Shown here: positions 36,850 to 42,924 of the stretch, piece by piece
How positions within the stretch are numbered: position 1 is the first letter of the stretch
Layout: each line of letters starts with the position of its first letter
Made by a program: the position numbers and the translations under genes
Notes under the pieces: generated by a model
What the model saw: only the letters and a program-made list of their open reading frames with translations
What the model was told of the DNA's origin: nothing
The model's database searches: none
Assembly (NCBI GenBank): GCA_051453625.1
Contig: JBOZIK010000001.1
Location: 23,056,870-23,099,793, forward strand
Length of the DNA stretch: 42,924 nt
Origin: Welwitschia mirabilis
Lineage: Eukaryota
Reading direction: 5' to 3'

Positions 36850-39800
36850 TAAAGATTTATTAAGTTAAACCCACCAAATTTTATAGGAGGTTCAGATTCA
36901 TCTAAAGTAGAAGAATGGCTAAGTGATGTTAAAAAGGTTATAGGCACCTTAGGATGTGATGAATATGAAAAGACTTCTTTAGCCATCTATATATTACAAG
37001 GAGATGCTAACTTATGGTGGAAAACAGAGATGGCAAAGTTAGGTAAGATGGAACTTTCATGGGTAGAGTTTAAGCACATATTTAAAAAAAAGTATATCAA
37101 TAAGTTTTACATTCATTAAATAGTTTATCGAATTCTACAACCTTAAGCAAGAACCTAATGTAACCATAGCTTCTCATAAATGGAAGTTTGTGGAACTATG
37201 AAGATATATATTGTAAATGCATCTTGATGAAGAAGCAAAAGAAAATGTTTTCATTAATAGTATTCTTCCTTTAATTGATACTAAAGTATTTATGTTCTAA
37301 CCTAGAAATTTAGTTGAGGCTATAAAGAAAACAAAAATAGTAAAGAAAATTTGGCAAAGACAAAAAGAAAATAAGAAATGAATTCCTCTAAAGGGTTTTA
37401 GCTTTAAGGAAGTCTATTACATGTGTTTGATCGTAATAAGAATTGGAATTTCAATAGGAATAATGCTTCTAATAATAATAGCAAAAATAGAAATTCCAAC
37501 AAAAATAAGCATGCATTATTCAAGAGGAATTAGAATGTTTCTAGTTAGAGTCATGTAAGCAATCAACCATAAAGATCCAATTTTAAATAGAATCCTAGCT
37601 AAATTTATTATTAAGGTCAGTTTAATAATGGCTTTTAGTGCTTCAATTTTAAAGTAAACCACAAGGTTAAACAATGTTCATTACTTACTAAAAGCTAGTC
37701 TAGATAACAATTATAAAATCCTTAAGGATCATACACTGTTTAGCAACCAATTGAATGACTTTGAGTAGTAATAGATAATCAAGGAGTACAATTTTAGAGC
37801 TCAGTTATAAAAGGTAAAGATTTACTTAATAATATAAAAATAATTATTTTAATTAATTGCAAAGCAACTCATTATTTTATATTTTCCAATGTTTTACTAA
37901 GAGAAAAACTATGTTGTACTCTAATTAAAGGATGCATAGAACCTACAAATGGATCTATAACTAAGGCTAATCATTAAGTTCTTAATTGTATTTTATCTAT
38001 AAGTAGGAGATATTTCTAGATTCAACTAATTATTATCAATCTAAAAAAATACGATGTTATTTTGGGCATGAATTAGTTGATGCACAATAAGGTAGTTACA
38101 ATTTGTAAGAGATGTCAAAGTAGAGATGAAAAATCATAGACAAAGAATAACTTTTTAAAGTCAATCCAAATCACCTATGAATAACTTGATTAAAGCTAAG
38201 CATATAAAGAGGGAAATTAAAAAGTAATCATTAGCTTATATGTTTTGTTTAAATTAGCTAACATAAATGAAGGAGAAACTTCAACAGGGAATGTACCAAC
38301 AATCCAAAATTATCTTGATATATTTACAATAGAACAAACAGAAGTGCTACCTTTTTGAGAAGTTGAGTTTGCTATTGATTGGATTCCAAGAACTCAACCT
38401 ATTTCCAAGGCATCTTATATAATGTCTCCTACAAAAATGAAAGAATTAAAAATTTATTTGAAGAACTTCTACAAAAAGGTTTTATTTATCCTAGTGTATC
38501 ACCATAGGATGTACCAGTGTTGTTTTTAAAAAAAAAAAGAAGAAAACACTTAGGTTATGCATTGATTAGAGATAATTAAATAAAGTTATAATTAAAAACA
38601 AGTATCCATTGCAAAGAGTAGATCGCTTTTTTAACCAACTTAAGAAAACTAAGGTATTTTTCTAAAGATGATTTAAAATCTAGATATAATCAAGTTTGAA
38701 TTAATAAAGAAGATATTCATAAACATCTTTCAAAAATTGCTATGGATGTTATGAGTGCACTATCATATCTTTTGATTTAACTAATGTTCCTGTAGTATTC
38801 ATAAGGCTTATGAATCATATATTCCAGACATATCTTGAGTCCTTCATAATTATATTCATTGATAACATTCTCATTTTTGTAAGTCTTATAAGAAACATGA
38901 GAAACACTTGAGAATAGTCTTGAACACTTTTAGAAATCATCAACTATATGCTAACATGGAATAATTTTCTTTCTAGAAGGAATCCATCTAGTTTTTAGGT
39001 CATGTCCTATCTAGGGAAGGTATGTTAGTTGATATAGATAAAGTTAAGGCTAAAATGGCCAGCACCTATAACTATTACTGAAGTTAGAAGCTTCCTTAAT
39101 CTTGTTGGGTATTATCATTGATTCATCTTCAACTTCTCTAAGATAACTTCTCCCTTAACAAGTCTCTTAAGGAAAATTTAAGACTTTTAATGGACGAAAA
39201 AATGTTAATAATCATTTGATTGTCTTAAAGAGTGTTTAACTAGTGCTCTAGTTTTAGTAATATTAGATGATCTTAAGACCTTTTTAATTTACACTAAAGC
39301 ATCAAGAGAAGGTCTTAGATCTATTCTTAAATAAGATAAAAGGGTAATAGCCTATGGATCAAGGCAACTTGAGATGCATGAGAGAAACTATCCTATTCAT
39401 AATCTTAAATTAGCTATAGTAATATTTGTTTTAAATTTATGAAAGCATTATCTCCATGAATTTAAATTTCAAGTTTGGACTGATCATAAGAGTTTAAAAT
39501 ACATTTTCACCCAATCAAACTTGAACCTTATGCAAAGAATATAGATGGAATTTTTGTGTAACTCTAATCTTGAAATTTTATACTAGGAGGACAAATGGAA
39601 TAAAGTTATAGATACTCTTAGTAGATATGACTATCTTAAATAATCATAAAAATTCAAAATTAGATACTTGCTATTATTAGATAGGGTCAAAACAAAGATG
39701 AAAATTGTCAAAAAATAAAAGATCAATTAGAAAAAACAACAAATTTAGAAGACTTTAGTATTGATTCAAAAGGTATTATTAAATTTAAGAGAAGATTCTT

Positions 39801-41120
39801 GGTTCTTAATGTAGATGGAATCAGATAAAAGCTAATGTTTAAATTTCATAATCCACTAATATCAGATCATCTTGAAGGAGTAAAAATGTATAGAATATGA
39901 AGTAAAGATTTTAGTGGCCAGGGATGAGAAAGAATATAGTAGAATTTGTATTAAAGTATCTAAATTATCAACAAGTCAAGGTAGAAAATATGAAATCCAG
40001 CAAGACTACTCTATCCTCATAATGTTCTAGAATATAAATGGGATGTGATTTGCATGGATTTTATATTAGGAATTCCAAGAACCCCAAGAGGTAATAACTC
40101 AATCATGGTTATAATTAATAAGATAACTAAGTCAGCACATTTCATTCCAATAAAGTCTACCTATAGTGCTAACAATATAGCTAAAGTGTATATCCAGAAT
40201 GTTATTCATTTACATGGTATATCCTTAGTGATTATTCCTAACATTAATTCAAAATTTACTCTAAAGTTAGGTGAGAACTACAATTGCGTTTAACAACTAA
40301 ACTGAATATAAGTAAAGCATTTCATCCTTAAATAGATGGTTAGGAAAAAAAAGTTAATCAAATCCTAGAGGATATTCTTAAAGTACCTGTTTTTGATAAG
40401 ATTAAGAGTTGGGAAGAATGCCTATCATTAGTAAAATTTTCATATAATAATAATCATCAAAGTTATATTTAAATGGCTCCATTTGAAGCTTTATATGATA
40501 GGAAATGTAGAGCACCCACTACATAGACAGAACTTAAGGAAAGATTGGTGATAGAACCAAAAATGTTATAAGAAATGGAAAATAAGATGAAAACCATTAA
40601 GAATAGATTAAAAGAAGTAACATATAGGCAAAAGATGTATACATATCATCGAAGAAGAGACCTTTAATTCCAAGTAAGTGATCATGTCTTCCTTACGGTA
40701 TCACCAATGAAATCAGTTATGTGAGGAGTTAAGAGATTTAAACTAACCATTGGATTTATTGAACTATTTCAAACATTTATTGAACCATTTTTAATATTGG
40801 ACTGTGTTAGACTTATTGCATACAAACATGCTCTACCTCCCTAATTATTGCATATGCATAATATTTTTAATGTTAATATGCTAAGAAAGTATATTGCATA
40901 ACGTTCTCATGTGTTAAATTGGTCTCATATTTAGGTGGACCCTAATTGTTTGACTATAAAGGAGTAGGAAGCAGTGTTAAACTGATGAACTATCACTTTA
41001 GAAAACAAGGAGATCCATTAAGTAATAATAACATGCAATAATCATAGTCCTGATAAAGCTACTTGGTAGCTAGAAGAATCAATAAAAATATAATACCCAA
41101 GTCTTTTTGAATTCCATAAT
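36850..41120 (+). pseudogene. pol: Degenerate Tekay gag-pol with chromodomain
   Basis: FIKLNPPNFIG...VEEWL...LQGDANLWW (gag); YDVILGM (PR); EVEFAID...LRLCID...KNKYPL and FIDNIL at 38855 (RT); VIAYGSRQL.MHERNYP and TDHKSLKYIFTQ (RH); WPGMRK and ICMDFILGIPRT (INT, ORF 40045-40293); NHSPDKATW*LE...YPSLF (chromodomain). Confidence 0.92.
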
Positions 41121-41160
41121 ATGTAATCTTAGACTCTCAAGTCTTTTTGAATTCCTTTAT

Positions 41161-41171
41161 GAGTGGGGGAG
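41161..41171 (+). promoter_or_regulatory. Polypurine tract of the Tekay element
   Basis: GAGTGGGGGAG between the end of pol and the 3' LTR. Confidence 0.85.
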
Positions 41172-41176
41172 TCTAT

Positions 41177-42924
41177 TATAATCCACATTTTGTAATCTTT
41201 GATTAGTAACTATAATGACATTATTATGAGAGTTTTTAAACTATGTAATACATTTTCATATAAATTTTAATAAAAATCCTTTTTTTAATGAGAATCAATG
41301 TGTATCCTTGCAATCCATAATGTATTATATTTCTTATGTTAAAAAAATATTTTAATTATAGATACTCATAAGGTTACTCAATTATTTAATCTTAGTTTTG
41401 GATAATTTTATTGTTTTAATTATAATGATAATTATAAGAATTTTAATACTACCTAAACCTATTAATGATTAGGCAAGTCATTTGCATGGTTAAACAGTTA
41501 AATTAAAAAAATTCATATGAAGGTATAAAATAATGTCTATAAAAATGGCATATGACATATTTATTTTAATCATTTTTCCATGTGCCGTATTCAAATCTAA
41601 AAAGAATTCTAAAATTACTTGGTAAAAGTGAAAGAATATAAGTGAGAGCACTATGTTCAACTATAACAATTTCTTACATTCAATTATAACACTTTCTTAC
41701 ATCTAATTATTACATTTTCTTACATTCCATTATGACATTTTTCTTACACTCGGTTATAGCATTCCTTTCTTGTGATTTGAGTTATTAATGTGATAGAACA
41801 TGAAGAGTGTAGACATGTAAATAAGGATATGCAATTTTTTTTTTAATAAACCAAAAAGGATAAATGAGTAGAATTTACTCTACCATGACTTTTATCCTTA
41901 TTGATATTTGTGGAAGTACTTTATGCATAAAATATTATTTTCTTGGTATGTTACATGATAGTTTTGGAATTGGTGCATTTGTTTGTTTTAAGTATATTTT
42001 GGATTAATTATGAGCCCATGAAGGATTAAGAAGGAACTAGCATGAGGAAATGATGCATGTAANNNNNNNNNNNNNNNNNNNNNNNNNNNNNNNNNNNNNN
42101 NNNNNNNNNNNNNNNNNNNNNNNNNNNNNNNNNNNNNNNNNNNNNNNNNNNNNNNNNNNNNNTGAGTAGAATTTACTCTACCATGACTTTTATCCTTATT
42201 GATCTTTGTGGAAGTACTTTATGCATAAGATATTTTTTTCTTGTTGTGTTACATGGCAATTTTGAAATCGATGCATTTGTTCTTCTAATGCATTTTAAAC
42301 ATGTTTTGGATTGATTATGAGCATATGAAGGATTAACAAGAAGCTAGAATTAGGAAATGATGCATGTAACTAATCTTGTTAATTAAAGCAAAAACATTAC
42401 TCATTCAAATTAGGGGCATAAATTATAAATAAAATTCCTTTTGTCATTCATACATTACTTTCACTTCTTACACAAGTTCTTACAACTTCTCATTGATTAA
42501 TCTTATCAATGTTACTTCTACAAAAGCTCATCCAACTTGTCATTGATTAAACTTATCATTATCATTCACATGTCAATGTCACTTTTACACAAGGTCCATT
42601 CAACTTATCATTGATTAATCTTATCAAATAAAAGAGATTTCCTTATCTTATGGCTAAAATGATGTAGATGGTCTTTAACCAATTATATCAAAGACATTTG
42701 GTATATCATTTATCTATAAATAGAGCCCTCTTCCTTTTTCTCAAACTAGTATTCTTTAAGCAAGTTTATGCTACCAAATTCCTCTCCATCTTTCATCCTT
42801 TTAAGTATGGAGTTGAAGTTTAGAGCTTAGAGCTTGGAGCTTAGAGCTTGGAGCTAGGAACTTAGCACTTTTTCAATCTTCTTTAAGGATCATCAATCCT
42901 CTTCCCTCTCAGTAGGTTCTTATT
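41177..42924 (+). repeat. Tekay 3' LTR (partial)
   Basis: Collinear with 29363-31812 including TATA (42714) and GGAGCTT/AGAGCTT heptamer repeats; start position uncertain by a few bases. Confidence 0.85.

Larger units (their letters stand above)
29340..42924 (+). mobile_element. Ty3/gypsy chromovirus, Tekay/Del lineage, degenerate; 3' LTR runs off the window
   Basis: Long LTRs, tRNA-iMet PBS, gag-PR-RT-RH-INT-chromodomain order, GTGGGGGAG PPT. Confidence 0.9.

Noticed and set aside
41098..41155. 18-bp direct repeat CAAGTCTTTTTGAATTCC before the Tekay PPT (similar small duplications at 12345-12401 and ~40754-40790)
   Set aside because: Ordinary local slippage or repair duplications with no evidence of function.

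Overview
AT-rich, CpG-depleted plant nuclear DNA from a gapped scaffold, made up almost entirely of old, nested, degenerate transposable elements. I found no intact host gene and no intact TE ORF. Left half: a non-autonomous Athila-type Ty3/gypsy element (gag plus protease, no RT/RH/INT) arranged as internal region - single shared LTR - PBS - internal region. A ~7 kb Sirevirus (SIRE-lineage Ty1/copia) is inserted in that shared LTR, with a recognisable TSD. Middle: a CpG-rich hAT-like terminus, a CRM-type pol fragment cut by a probable LTR that itself contains a solo LTR of the Athila-type family, short direct repeats, a LINE RT remnant and a decayed tRNA-Arg-like sequence. Right: a Tekay/Del chromovirus with ~4 kb LTRs running off the window. 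Several N-gaps are flanked by duplicated sequence, so some apparent copy numbers are probably assembly artefacts. I see no convincing new biological system. The best leads are the shared-LTR tandem Athila derivative, its unrecognised hydrophobic extension after the protease, and its recurrent hairpin motif. All alignments and translations were done by eye, and lineage motifs are quoted from memory.
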